Shown here: piece by piece, positions 52,075-64,000 of the stretch | Position numbering within the stretch: position 1 is the stretch's first letter | Layout: every line of letters starts with the position of its first letter | Assembly: GCA_038496445.1 (NCBI GenBank) | Contig: JALMLS010000502.1 | Location: forward strand, 62,001 to 126,000 | Length of the DNA: 64,000 nucleotides | Direction of reading: 5' to 3' | DNA from: Trichosphaerium sp. ATCC 40318 | Taxonomy: Eukaryota; Protista; Tubulinea | Position numbers and translations under genes: made by a program | The notes under the pieces: generated by a model | Databases searched by the model: none | Told to the model about the DNA's origin: nothing | The model's input: only the letters and a program-made list of their open reading frames with translations

Positions 52075-52511
52075 TTCAAAAGCAATCTTGTCAACCTAAC
52101 GAAAACAGCATGTTTTGTATATCAATAAAAAGGATTGCAAACAATTCAGTAAATTATTCGAGTGATATTTTTCTTTCGCGCAGTTTTTACTTTGGCTTTA
52201 ATTTTTCTTTGATAATGTGGCATCTCATGAAGGTGGATAGACCTACATAGGGCCAATCATCAAGCAAATGTAGGACACGTGCTTTCTTAAGTTTTTCATC
52301 AAGTGCATAGGTAATATTTTTCTTGGCGTTGCACTATAGTTTGAAGCGTTCAAACAAGATATATATGCTCACGACTGCCTACAGTAAAGGAGTAGCAGTT
52401 TATGACAAGGTAGCACACATTTGCAAAACAACAATAAACACGTGATGTTTAGTGACTTTTGTGACAGTTTTGGATGCGATTGTGGTTTATTGGAGGTGAG
52501 TTTGGGTTTGT

Positions 52512-53635
52512 TTAACCTGTCTTTTTATAAGCTCTTACATACTCAACTTCATACACAGAAGGTAGAGTATCAAAAGGAGGTAGACCAAACCAGTTTGGCA
52601 TAGTTTCTGAGTCGAAATCCATAAACAAAGGTCTAAAAAGAAATAAACACTCAAACGAAACAACAAAAAAAAAAGGTTTCTCACGTGTGAAAGCAAGTGT
52701 TATCGACAGTGCGTATTGGCTTGCCGTCTATGTACCTAAAGGTATGTTATATAAATCCCAAAAACAAAGTAAGAACGAGAAGGGTCACATACCATACAAG
52801 TTTATCACTATCCCATTCAAGTCCGTAGACATGAAAGTCCGATGCAAGTTTATAAGGCGTTGTAAAAGCTGTAAAATAAAATTTGTTAGTTTATTCTAAT
52901 CTACAAGATTCTTACCTTCCCCCCAGTTCTTTTTATTTCCAGGAGGGCATTTTGTGTGGTACTGGTCTGGAGATTCGAAAACGTGAAGATTCATGTGATA
53001 CATGTTTTCGAATCCTTGTTTCCCTGCGCCAACTTCAAAGATATCAATCTCTGTACGCCAACCATTTTTAGGTCCTTTTGACTTACTGAACCACCACGCA
53101 GATGAACCTTTTTAAAACGCACGTGAGCTTGGTTTCGCGAGCAAAAAAAAAAAGTTGTCGTACCTGCGCTATTCATTGGTTTCGCTTTTACCTCAAAGTA
53201 GCCATACACAGTGTTAACTTTACTTTGTACAGCAGCAGATGTATAATCATGGTATCCAGTTGGCTCATTTGGAGGTGATGCGTGTTTCATTGTGAGCGTC
53301 AACATTCCATTTTTTACGGCGACATTTTCAGGGTCAAACCACCCTGGCTCTCTTCCTAACCATGAAGGATTATGATTATTCCTATTTCGGTTGAAATGAG
53401 TAAAAAGCGTAAAGTTACAGGAAGATTCAAAAGTGATACCATTTAGAAAAGTTGAAACCTTGTTCAAACTCGTCTGTCATCGGTTCAAATGGCGTCCAGT
53501 TTCCTGGAGGTAAAGAAAAACAACCTACAAAATAAGTTTGTTTATCACGTGATTTTAACCATATACAGAGGTTCAGGTTGTATTAAAATATGTACCTATT
53601 ACGAATAAAGCGAGGACAAATGATTTAACAAACAT
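52512..53635 (-). CDS. Secreted GH16 glycoside hydrolase (agarase/porphyranase-like pattern)
   Basis: Signal peptide MFVKSFVLALFVI. TDEF, WLGREPGWFDPENVAV, YTSAAVQSK..YGYFEVKAKP, catalytic EIDIFE, DFHVYGLEW and YEVEYVRAYKK*. Confidence 0.9.
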
Positions 53636-53805
53636 GTTTGGCATGAGGAAATAGTTTCGCAACTTTCCATTTACAAGTCACGTGCTGTCAACGACATTTA
53701 GCATTGCGTATTTAGGCTCAATAATTAAACAACTAAACTAGTTTTATTTTGACGACGATGATTCAGTTGATCACACTCAGGCTATAAGTCTAGCAGCGTG
53801 TCATG

Positions 53806-54594
53806 TTATTCTCGACTTATCAAAGCGCCTAATCTATTCCATCTCTGAAACTTTCCTACTATTCTGTTATCTTCGTAGTTGCCTTGACACCATAATTGGC
53901 CGTTTGAATACCATTTCTTGAACATTCCATTAATTTTGCCATTTACACAAATGTAACACTCCTTCAGAACACCAGAATCGTACCATTCCTTACATTCTCC
54001 TTCTTTTTCACCGTTCAAATAGTTGAAGTGCTTCACGAGTTTACCATTATAACTCCACTCCTTGTGCTCTCCTTCTTTTATACCAAGGTAATACTTACAT
54101 TCGCTTTGAAGGCGACCATTTTCCCACCACTGGTGATGCTCATTGTGAAGTCTTCCATCCTTGTAAAAACACATCAATGATACTTGACCACTGTCATACC
54201 AGATTTTTGTTTCTCCTTGCTGAATACCATTGACAAAGTGACTTTCTTCCTTCAATTTACCTTGAGGGTACCACCTCAATTTTCTTCCGTGTAGTTTGCC
54301 GTTTTTGAAATAAGCTTGGCCTACTATTTTCTTCCCTTCGTGGCTTAAAGGCTTGTTGGTATACTTACTTAATAATTTCTCAAGTGTATTTGCTTTAACG
54401 ATTGTATGTTGTATCCATTTTCCGTGTTTTTCCAAAACACCATCAAACCTTGATGTTGTTGCTGCGCTTTTAGAAAGTAAAGGCCATATTAAATACACGT
54501 CATTGTCTTTATCAACAATATCTAACTGTAGCTCGTCTGGGAGGTTCAAAAGGTAGCATTCTGTCACATTTTCACCTGAACAGTTAACGTTCAT
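53806..54594 (-). CDS. Intronless MORN-variant (MORN_2) repeat protein with F-box-like N-terminus
   Basis: About 7 x 24-aa repeats (YKxGxxHGExKxWYxNGxL). N-terminal LLNLPDELQLDI. Confidence 0.85.
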   Translation of the reverse strand: MNVNCSGENVTECYLLNLPDELQLDIVDKDNDVYLIWPLLSKSAATTSRFDGVLEKHGKWIQHTIVKANTLEKLLSKYTNKPLSHEGKKIVGQAYFKNGKLHGRKLRWYPQGKLKEESHFVNGIQQGETKIWYDSGQVSLMCFYKDGRLHNEHHQWWENGRLQSECKYYLGIKEGEHKEWSYNGKLVKHFNYLNGEKEGECKEWYDSGVLKECYICVNGKINGMFKKWYSNGQLWCQGNYEDNRIVGKFQRWNRLGALISRE

Positions 54595-55158
54595 CTAGTG
54601 ACTGTCTACACCTACTTTCAGGTGAGTATTTTTACTAAATTATTCAAGTAATGTCAAGTTGAGCTTCGTGTTTATAATATGTATTGACTGTGTTTGACAT
54701 TGAAGTAACGGTTTTGACACGCTGTCTCTCGGAGCACGTGATTCCTCTGAGTACGTTCATTGAATCTGTAGCTCGAATCCTCTCGCTACAAACGTCTATA
54801 GTTGGTAATTTTGGGACTGGCTAGAACCGGGTAAGAAAAATAAGGGAAAACTCAAGCCTTTTTTGAATTTTTTTGCTTGATACTGGCTTTGGACCTATGT
54901 GTCGTTCTTAAAAACAGCAATATAGCTCTTTTGCTTTGCATTGTCGGCCATGTGTACTTTGCAATGGTTTTATTGTTTATTTGACAAGTCTTCAATGGGC
55001 AGTAATGCTAAATACTTATCTGGATCTCTTTTATTGTTATTGTGTACCCTTCAAGGCAAAAATTTAAATAATTATACCGTTGTTTGCTTTTTTAGTTATT
55101 CAGAAGAAGAATCCTCTTCACAGATACCAGCAATCGATTTAATACATTCTATTGTACA

Positions 55159-55886
55159 TTACGAAGGTACTAATATGACTGGTATGAACACCACTAATTG
55201 CATACAAACCTTCATCTGTAATGTTACTATTTGAGCATCATGTAAAGCTTTAATACCATCATGTCGACAAGAGCCTAAATCAATTGTGTGAACGCTAGCT
55301 GGTGCCTTGATTCCTTCATCAGTTATAGTGTAGCCTAATGTGATTGTATGAACTCCACGCAGAGCTTTATAACCAACATCAGTTACATTGTAACAGTTAT
55401 ACAAATTAATTGTGTGAATACCAGCCAGTGCTTTGACTCCCTCATCGTTCACTGATGAATACGTTAGATCGATTTCTTGCATACCAGCACGTGATAGTTG
55501 AGATAGATGAGCAGTTTGTAATTTCTTACTAGAGCTAAGATTGATACTCTTTATTTCGTAGTTGGAGAAGTCTAGACTCTTCGAGAGGTTGTTGCCTTGT
55601 ACTTTAAGATTTTGTACATCTTGCAAATACTTCGAGTGCTTTTGCTTGAGTTTGAATAGTACAATTATTTTATTTTTCGAAATAAGAGAAGGTGCTTCGT
55701 TGAATAGTTTTTTTAGGTCTATTTTTTTGGCGAGAAAAATGTTTCGTATGGGTTCTTTATAATTCAAATGCTCTATTGCGATAGTGCGTACAACCGGATC
55801 AAGCGTAGAAAACTCGGAGAAGAACTGTAGAATACGCACAGTTACTTCAACGGTATCTCATCAAAGAATGCGGTGGTTTTGTTCAT
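55159..55886 (-). pseudogene. Intronless F-box-like/LRR gene with frameshifts
   Basis: MNKTTAFFDEIP/VEVTVRILQF needs a frameshift near 55850. LAGIHTINLYNCYNVTDVG repeats. The 3' end also shifts frame. Confidence 0.7.
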
Positions 55887-56000
55887 AATTGTCGCACAGC
55901 GTCGTTTTTGAACCGTAGTGATCTTGACTTTTTTAACGGCCGAAATCAGCTTGTGCAAAGACTGACGTAACTTGATTTTATTCTCTTTTGACGTGGTAGT

Positions 56001-58074
56001 TTATTTTTGCGCCGTTACAATCTTGAACGTCCACATGTGCGACATTAGACTTGGGGATAATGGTGGTAAAGATACTGCAAGTCCTACGTTACCAATAAGA
56101 TTCCTTAACGCGTGTATTCAAAAGGAAAAGAACGAACCTGATGATGTCGCTTTGAAATTCAAACTATTTGAATAGCCAAACAGCAAGACTTTTTCTGGTT
56201 TTTGAGCGAAGCTCTCAAGCAGCACTTTACCATCTACACTGCGCGTTAGCTTATTATCAATATGTTATATCGAATAAACTAGGGTACCTGTTGGCCATTC
56301 CTTTATGAACGCATATACGCTGGAGAGAGATTTGTTTTGTGTGTACCAAATACTTATGTTTGCCTCTTTTTGTACAGTCCATGGCTTAGTATTGTATATA
56401 CCTTCTCCATTGACTGACAACCACGTTCCCATCTGTAATATACGTTCTGCTTGAATATCATCTATTCTTCCGTCCGCTGTTGGTCCTACAAAACAAGAAA
56501 TTGTTACAATGATGATCGAAAAAAAAAAATTTACCAACATCCAATAACAGATTACCATTATGGGCAACTAATTAAAAAGTAAGCACCAATGCTACTAAAT
56601 CGATAACAAAAACCTGTATCAACAAGCAATTGAACGAGTTCTTCAGCCGTAGAGTAAATAGTCACCTACATTTAACTGTAAAACCGACGCTAAAAATAGA
56701 TGTGTAAATTTCTCACATTTTCCTGTCTGTTGTACCCAAACGAATACCCAATACCTCTGATATAGCCATTAGTTATTAAATCAAACAAAATAGAAATCGA
56801 ACCTATTAAATTCCCATTTTCTTTTGAGGTATTCAGTGCCATGACCGTACTATGAACGCCTTAGCTACTATTTTTAAGAACACTTGTAAAATACCTCAAC
56901 TGTTAAAAATCCGCCATGTTTCCCAAATGCATCAGGTCCCCAGCGATCATCAACGACTACATAGTCCTTGACAGGCGATTCATTATATAACCAAGCTAAT
57001 AATTCTGTGCTATTCCACCATGACGACGGATGGTGTACAGCATAATCAGACCATACAATTTCAGGTTTGTATTTATTTATCATATCCTTGTACATCGGCA
57101 TCCATGTCTAATACGAATTAAGAGTTTCAAGTACAGCGATCTGCGATACCTCAGTGACATAATCATGTGGCGTCGAGCTCAACAATTGATCATTGTACCA
57201 CTCATAAGCGCAGCAGTATAATCCTGTATGAATACCTCTTTTTTTGACAGCATCAAGCAAAGGCCCAACAAGATCACGTTCTACAAAAAACACAATAAAA
57301 ACGAGTCACGTTTCTTTAAAATATAGCGCACGTGGGCCAACATCTGCAGCATTCCAGTGTTGTTTCTGCTGTGCAGGCCAAAGAGCGTATCCGTCACAGT
57401 GCTTCGAAGTCAAAACGATGTATTTTGCTCCAGCTTTTTCGAATAAGTCTGCCCACCTTGTAACAGTGATTACCCACGTTATTATAGTGTATGCGTACCT
57501 ATCCGGGTCCCATAGCGTAGGCTTAAATTTGGGAGCAAAATCAGTGTAAGAAGCGCTTCCATACGTCGCCTTGTGAAAGTTGTACACTAGTATCACAATC
57601 AGATAGTTCCGTCTTTTTTTCTTGTTCTCACCTGAAGTGTTTGGTTGCCTCATATTGTACTGATACCACTCTCCTAGTTGCTGAGAAGTTTCATAGTTTA
57701 AACCAACTTCTGCCCATGCCGGTACACTAAAAAAATAAGTCAAGGAAACAATCAAGTATCTGAATTGACGTGCCTGTAAACACCCCAATGGATGAAAATA
57801 CCTAAACGAAAAAGTTAGATGATGCTTCTTTCAAATTCAATTGTTGTTCAAAAGTGACAATACCAAACTTCGCTTTATCATACCACTCTGGAATAGGACG
57901 AGAATCTATTCAATACCTTTTTTAGAGAATGAGGTAAAACGGCAAACTGTTTTTTATTTTAAATCACGTGATGAGGCGCTATCTTACCATCTTACCTATA
58001 CTTTTCCAATTTGGCTCATATTTTGCTTGAGCAATACCACAAAGAGCTAATAAAGCAAAAAGTAGGATCTTCAT
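56001..58074 (-). CDS. FUCA: Alpha-L-fucosidase (GH29), secreted/lysosomal
   Basis: Signal peptide. YEPNWKS|[16 protein letters not shown]|[36 protein letters not shown] (nucleophile), [36 protein letters not shown]. Confidence 0.93.
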
Positions 58075-58259
58075 TGCTAGTTTCTAACAGAGAAAGCTTG
58101 CGTTACTGTTTCTGTTACACAACCGTGTTTTATGTCAAAGATTTTTTCACAAACTTTTCAAACATTTTCCATCCATAAACAAACCGGTAACCACTCTTGT
58201 CTTTAACTCCTCAATACTCACTGTATACAATAAATGATCATTAACGTACACGGACGCTA

Positions 58260-59838
58260 TTACGAGCGTCGCCAGCAGAACCCACAGTGTTCCAAATCCT
58301 TTTCACTGAAAAGTTATTTGATATAAATCCCAAATTAGAGAAAAAAGGTTTCGAATTTTATTTCTACCTAATACACTTCATTAGAACGTATTACGATCAC
58401 ATGTATCTCTGACTCAGTTGGGTTATAAATAGTATAAGCTTTTGTTACGTCCATATACCTATATCCTGCATTGAATAAGCTAGGACACCACTACAAAGAC
58501 CTCATTAGTCTCAATGTTTTAAACACAAAAAACTGCGTACACTATACTTTAAGGAATCTCTAAAGTCTGTGTCTACACTTGAAACGTAAGCATATGAAAC
58601 ACTGTCCAAACTTGTAAGTCCTTGAAAACATTTAAGCATCTTGGCGCTAAGTTTTTTGTGTATGTGCCGAGCTGTAAACATTAGTTGTGATATCAATATA
58701 CTTCATTTTATTTGGCTTACTTTCGCTTGGAAATATGAAGGGTTCTTCATATCCTTCTGGAGCTAGGAATATTCTGTTATCGTTTAATTCAATGTTCATT
58801 TGTTTCTCAGCAAGGTCTTTTAGTTTATCCAAAGTAGCATGCACTCTAAAGAGATTGTAAGCAAAAAACAAGAATTAATGCTAATTGTAAGCAGTCACGT
58901 GTTTACAAATTTTACAACACTTTATGTACTCACTTCTATCATTTAGAAATGAGCGTACTTGTTCTGATATGAACAAGATATCTGTTAGAAAAGAAAATGA
59001 TTCAAAAGCAGAAAAAAAAAAGAAAAACTTTCCAACATGCTTACAGTTTTAGAGGAACCGAGGTTCTATGTGTTGTTTCATCTACACCAAGTGTAACATA
59101 TTCTTGTGAAAACAAGGTATTATCTTGAGCTTTTAGAGACACCATAATTAAAGCCATTCTCTGTGCTCGTATGATTTTATCATGTGTTAACTTTAATTTC
59201 GGCTTTGGTAGCTTAAAAGTGTTACATTCGTAGTCTTTTGCTTTTGCTTTAATCCCTGTGTTCCCTCTAGTACTGTACAAAAAATTATTAGACAATTATA
59301 GTATGGCACAAGAAGAAAAAAAAACAAAGGTATTTTAACGAAATATCTGAATATTTTCTGAAGAATTGGTTTTGATGTTAATCAAACTCATGTCAGTTGC
59401 AAAGAACGGAACGTACAGTTCTGCGACAGCACTCTTAATACTACTTTGTAGTGCTGAATCGGTATCTTGTATTTTGTAGTGTGTTGGAAATGTGAAGTAG
59501 TTTTGTAAGCACTCGTCTTTCCAGCTGAAGAACTCGTAATCGTCTGTCTTTTCTGGATTAGCGTTTACATAATGTAAAACAACTGTCAACGCTTGATTGC
59601 GTACATCTACATGGTCTAGAAGCATATATTCGCGTTTATAAAGATATTTCCACAAAATGTCGCATTCCGCCACCTCATTCCATTCCTACGTATTATGTGA
59701 TGCGATTGAGACGTAATTTAGTATTTGTACCTTTGATACTAGACAACACACGCAGACATCTCTGAAATTGTCCAATAACTTCATAATCGCGATGATCACA
59801 TCTAGATTTAGCCTTACAGGCGTAGCGTCTGTCGACAT
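58260..59838 (-). CDS. Multi-exon F-box protein, C-terminal domain unknown
   Basis: RLNLDVIIAIMKLLDNFRDVCVCCLVSK|EWNEVAECDILWKYLY (F-box). Downstream exons inferred. Confidence 0.65.
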
Positions 59839-59929
59839 GAAGACCGTTAAATGTGTGGTTAAGGCAAACATTTTGCTTTTAAGTCAAATACTGCATAATT
59901 TCGTTTTACTTTTCTGTTTACCACAGTGG

Positions 59930-61939
59930 ATGTATTATTCTTATTTATACGCTCTATTTGCGTTTGTTCTTGTAACTAGCGGTACAAATTAGTCGTTTAA
60001 GCACAAAAAACGAGACGTAACAGGCATATTAGGTCAAATAACAGATGTGAGTAGTATTGTGACCACTGAGGGGTTTGTAGTATCATGGCAAATACTTGAG
60101 AACAAGTACCCCACATTAAAAGTCACGTGACGTCAGATCTTACCCAAAATTAGATATATATCAATGACGGTAACGGCAACCCAGGTACAATTTATATTCA
60201 ACCTTTTTATGGAAAATTTACAGTATTTCGTTGTAGAGCGCTTGGATAGGTGTTGGTTGGCATAAACCTGGAGAAACTAATAAGATGAAGTTCGCTGATA
60301 TCGCTGTAGCTATTTTTGATGACAACGGAAAAGTTAGTTGTCGATAACGCAACCAAGTTGAATACGGCTGACATGTTTTCTAGATAATAGATGTTACAGA
60401 TAGATTTTTTGCTGGTCCCAATCCCGTAGGATTTCCTGATACTGATGTGAACCAGGCACCCTCATTACTTTCAAACTTTCTTTAATTTACCTGTGTTGTA
60501 GGGTGGTACAGATGATATCATAGAGTTCTCTGGATATCAAAGTAACGAACATAAACTGAGTACATTTACTTTTCTTAAATTATTGGATACACACGACAAG
60601 ATGGATAACCCAATTACAAATGACTCTTACCCGCACGTGATAATTTTTTTTTATTATTGTTAATCTTTGATCTCTTTAGGCTCATATACGCTTATGGTTC
60701 ATCAAATACCTTTGCTCATCACAGAGCAGCAGGTAAGTTTTTTCTTTCGTAAATTTTTGAAAACGTCTTTTAGGGTTCGCTCCTGAAGAAGTCAACTTTT
60801 TTACTGGTAAACCTGGTAGCCTAGTTGGAGGTAATCCTATGGATGTGTACCACCAAGCCCATGGCATGCTTATGTTTGTTGCGTAAGACAAGACTACTGC
60901 AGTTAATTGTTTTTATTTCTAAATATGCAACTCGTAGATTTGGTGTATTGATCTTCATTGGCGTATTCGTTTCAAGATTTATGAAAGGATACAAATGGTG
61001 GTTTCCTTTACATATTATTATTCAATTATCAGGCAAGTTAACAAGTCAAAATTGTAGACTGGCAAATCTCATTTTTTGAAGTTGATTTTTGAACTTGAAA
61101 AAATAACTGTCACGTGATTTTTGTATTTATATTTTTTTAGCGTTAATATTCGGGCTTGTTGGATTCGCTCTTGCCATATACATGGTAGAAGAAGGCAGTG
61201 TATGTGAAACTTGAAATCGCGTTGCTAACATACATTCAACTGGCCTGGCTTTTTTCTTAATTATTTCTTACAGTTTCGTAGGGATTACATTTTACAAAAA
61301 TCCATCACTGGTTTGGCCTTATTACACTTTTAATAATGTGTATTGCTCCAATACTCGGTTATTTAGCAGATTTATTGTGGGATCCAACTAGAGCTGAAAC
61401 TCCATTATGGCCTGATAAGCTACACTGTATAAAACCTTTTTAGTGTTTTTTTTTATTTCAAAAACTGACCCTCGACTTAAGGGTGGATTGGAAGGTCTAC
61501 TATTATCATGGGTTGTATATCTATATTCCTTGGTTTATTTTTAGTCGTTGACAGATTCCTTCGTACGTTCAATACAAAAGCAGAAGCCAAAACTTGTTTC
61601 GCTTGTTAACATTTCCAGTTATTCTGTTCGGTGTCTTGATTTGCTTCTATGTATTCGTACTCATCTACATTGAGTTCTACAAGTCATTTAACGGAGACCT
61701 CGTTGGGTACACATACGATAATACACGCATTACTTAGTTAAATCTTTTAGGGAATATGATACAACAGCACCTTCTGTAGATTCGTCGAGATTGATTGTGG
61801 AACCTAAGTACCAAAAGTTTTTTTAGTTTATTAGATTAGCTGTCTTGAAAGTACTTTATTAATTCTATTTCTTTAAGAGGACCTAAGAGAGGAAGAGAGA
61901 GAACAGGATCAACTGTTTACAGCTCAATGTAACGTTTAA
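59930..61939 (+). CDS. DOMON + cytochrome b561 domain membrane protein (ferric-chelate reductase-like)
   Basis: Signal peptide. AWIGVGW...MKFADIAVA (DOMON), HQAHGMLMFVA|FG...WWFPLHIIIQ, HHWFGL and WPDKLH|WWIGR (heme His residues). Exact 3' end uncertain. Confidence 0.85.
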
Positions 61940-62219
61940 TGAAACATCAGTACATGGCAACTAAGTTAGATTCTAGTGTTACCAATTAGAAAAAAACCTG
62001 CAAAGAGTAGTTTGTCCGAATAAAGAGATAGATTCACGATATTAAATACTTTTATTTAGAAACATACTCTGCCTTTTCTTTTTTCTTTGTGAAGGGTTTG
62101 ACGATTAACTACAGTTGCTGGGCAAAGGCGTATCTAGGATTTTAACTACTGTGTCAAAACAAAGGAAATCAGTGACAACTAAATCTTGCAATGGAATTGT
62201 CATTTAAGTTACTTAGGTC

Positions 62220-62958
62220 TCATTCGCCAGCGCTATTTGGATCCAACCATCCTACAAAGAAGGTTGCTACGTCAGTAAAGCCATAGTCATCAACTAAAGC
62301 CTCCAACATATTGCAGTATTGTTTTTCTTTATCAAACATTTCAGTATAGCGATATGGCAAACTCCACCAACCTCTCCTACCACTCCACATAAAAGGATGA
62401 GCCATGTGAAAGTTGTGAAGTAATATTTCAAGCCGTTGTAGCGGTTCTAGAGCAATCAAAGCACAATCGCTCTACATCATATCCAAAAGGCAAAGGATTT
62501 ATGAAATGTGAAAGCCTTGCGTTACATGTGTTACAAGGGATATCTATACTATACCAACAGTGTTGTGGCATACTGGATAGCGATCTAAACCTTCTAACCA
62601 TGACACCAGCTTCATATGCATAGTGGCTCCATATAGAGTCTATACACTTTGTGCTGTGGTGGGTGTATAGCATGAGTTTGTATTGCTTGTGTCTAATGCT
62701 CTGCAAAATTCTTGGTTTAAGCATTCGTAGTATGTACAGTACTACAGCGTCTTTTAGGAGCCATTCTTGACCAAGAGTTGATTGTTTGGTGATATTAGTC
62801 AAACGTTTATTTACACAAAGCAAGCGAACAATTGCTGGTGGTTCATCTTGTATCAACAACTCAAGCAGTAAGAAAATAATATCGGCTGGAATGTTGCCTA
62901 AACCCCATATTTCCTCTTCTTTACGTGTATACGATGCCTTACAAGGTATATCCGACAT
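62220..62958 (-). CDS. Intronless F-box-like hypothetical protein, possibly frameshifted near 62440
   Basis: LGNIPADIIFLLLELL...IVRLLCVNKRL. ORFs 62428-62985 and 62220-62459 overlap. Confidence 0.45.
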
Positions 62959-63284
62959 GCTGATACTACTGTTGCGATTGTTCAACCACGTTCTGGTTTT
63001 AGGTGTCTTTTATCACGTGGACTAAGTAAAAGTCTTTAAAAGGTCAACAAGCATAAGGCTGAAGCTTCATACCAACGATTACTTCATGCAAAGGTAGCAA
63101 GATAACTGATTCTTGTAGCTTAAACACATCTAGTATAAGTGGGTCCTTGAAGCCGCAAAATATTCAACGACTCATAGGTTGTCATTTTTAGCAGGTATTT
63201 AGTGATTGAAGAAACTATTTTGGCTAACTCAAAACCATGAAGGACCAGCAAATACAAAGTACGCTGGACTTGTTTTGGATGTGT

Positions 63285-64000
63285 TTATTGATAATGAGAC
63301 AAAAGTCTGTACCGTTTGTGAAAATTAATGATAGTATGGACATTTTCTAGGTTATACAAGTCCGCTTCTGATAGCCCTCTGACATTACACTTTATAGTGT
63401 GAATATTTTTCAGTCCTACTATCACATCACGAGGAATGGGACAACTCTCCACATTAAGTGTATATATGCCATCAAACTTATGTACTTCACTCTTGTCATC
63501 TAGTCTGGCATTCATCAAATTCAGAGTGCATAATGATGTCATCTGAGAAAAATCTGGGAGGCTGTTTAAACCTTCAACAGTTAGCTCCTGAATACTCTTG
63601 AGATGATAGAAACCTTTACCAGTCATACTGGTTTCACTCAAGTTTAGTATTTTGACATTAGATAGAAATACTAAACCTTCATCAGTGATGTTACAGTATG
63701 ATAAATCAAGGTATTCTGCATCTTTGAAGTATTCCAAGTCGCTATTTTTAACTGAATTTCCTATCACTGATATTTTGTGTACTCTTGAAAACCCACTGTA
63801 GTCTGTGAGTTTTTCACAATAAGAAGCATTAATAGTTTCAAGGTTCTTAAGAAACTTGATACCAAATCCAATCAAGTTTGGATTGTCTGTTATATCTAAC
63901 TCTGTTACAGCAGAAATGTGTTTCAGTCCCTCATCGGTGATATTGCTGCAACCGCTGATATCAATTGCCTGTAGACTGCCAAGAGCTTTGAGTCCTTCAT
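63285..64000 (-). CDS. Intronless leucine-rich repeat protein, 5' end outside window
   Basis: LDLSYCNITDEGLVFLSNVKILNLSET-type repeats. The frame stays open to the window edge. Confidence 0.8.
   Translation of the reverse strand, partial: EGLKALGSLQAIDISGCSNITDEGLKHISAVTELDITDNPNLIGFGIKFLKNLETINASYCEKLTDYSGFSRVHKISVIGNSVKNSDLEYFKDAEYLDLSYCNITDEGLVFLSNVKILNLSETSMTGKGFYHLKSIQELTVEGLNSLPDFSQMTSLCTLNLMNARLDDKSEVHKFDGIYTLNVESCPIPRDVIVGLKNIHTIKCNVRGLSEADLYNLENVHTIINFHKRYRLLSHYQ

Noticed and set aside
54600-54835. snRNA-like hints: ATACTCACCTG on the - strand, small hairpins and an AATTTTGG Sm-like site
   Set aside because: The elements are on different strands, the U1 loop motifs are missing, and the U1-like 11-mer lies in the MORN gene leader.
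1-64000. Assigning the source organism (e.g. a specific marine amoeba with calcareous spicules)
   Set aside because: No marker gene in the window. Gene content only suggests an amoeboid protist.
1-64000. CRISPR arrays, tRNA or rRNA genes
   Set aside because: None seen. The repeats are gene paralogs or coding repeats.

Overview
AT-rich eukaryotic (protist-like, probably amoeboid) genomic DNA with many short spliceosomal introns. The main feature is a ~30-kb tandem array (11.3-41.1 kb) of 11 copies of one 8-exon gene family: 7 apparently intact, 1 split by a transposon, 3 degraded. It encodes ~330-aa signal-peptide proteins with ~9-10 RTX-like G-x-x-G/N-x-D calcium-binding coils, an internal Cys ladder and Cys-rich caps. 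The copies are mosaics of one another, and exons of the youngest paralogs differ more than their introns. A 3,027-bp Sola-like DNA transposon (25-bp TIRs, 2-bp AA duplication, intron-containing transposase) sits in the last exon of one copy. Flanking genes include a UvrD-like helicase end, a PA-domain membrane protein, a degenerate small GTPase, a PIN nuclease, ZNRD2-like, C2, FYVE-like, GNAT, GH16, GH29 and DOMON/cytochrome b561 genes. Several intronless or frameshifted F-box/LRR/MORN genes are also present. The palindrome TCACGTGA is strongly over-represented, mostly in introns, and GC-AG introns are frequent. Exon structures were reconstructed by eye, pseudogene boundaries are approximate, and no database searches were run.
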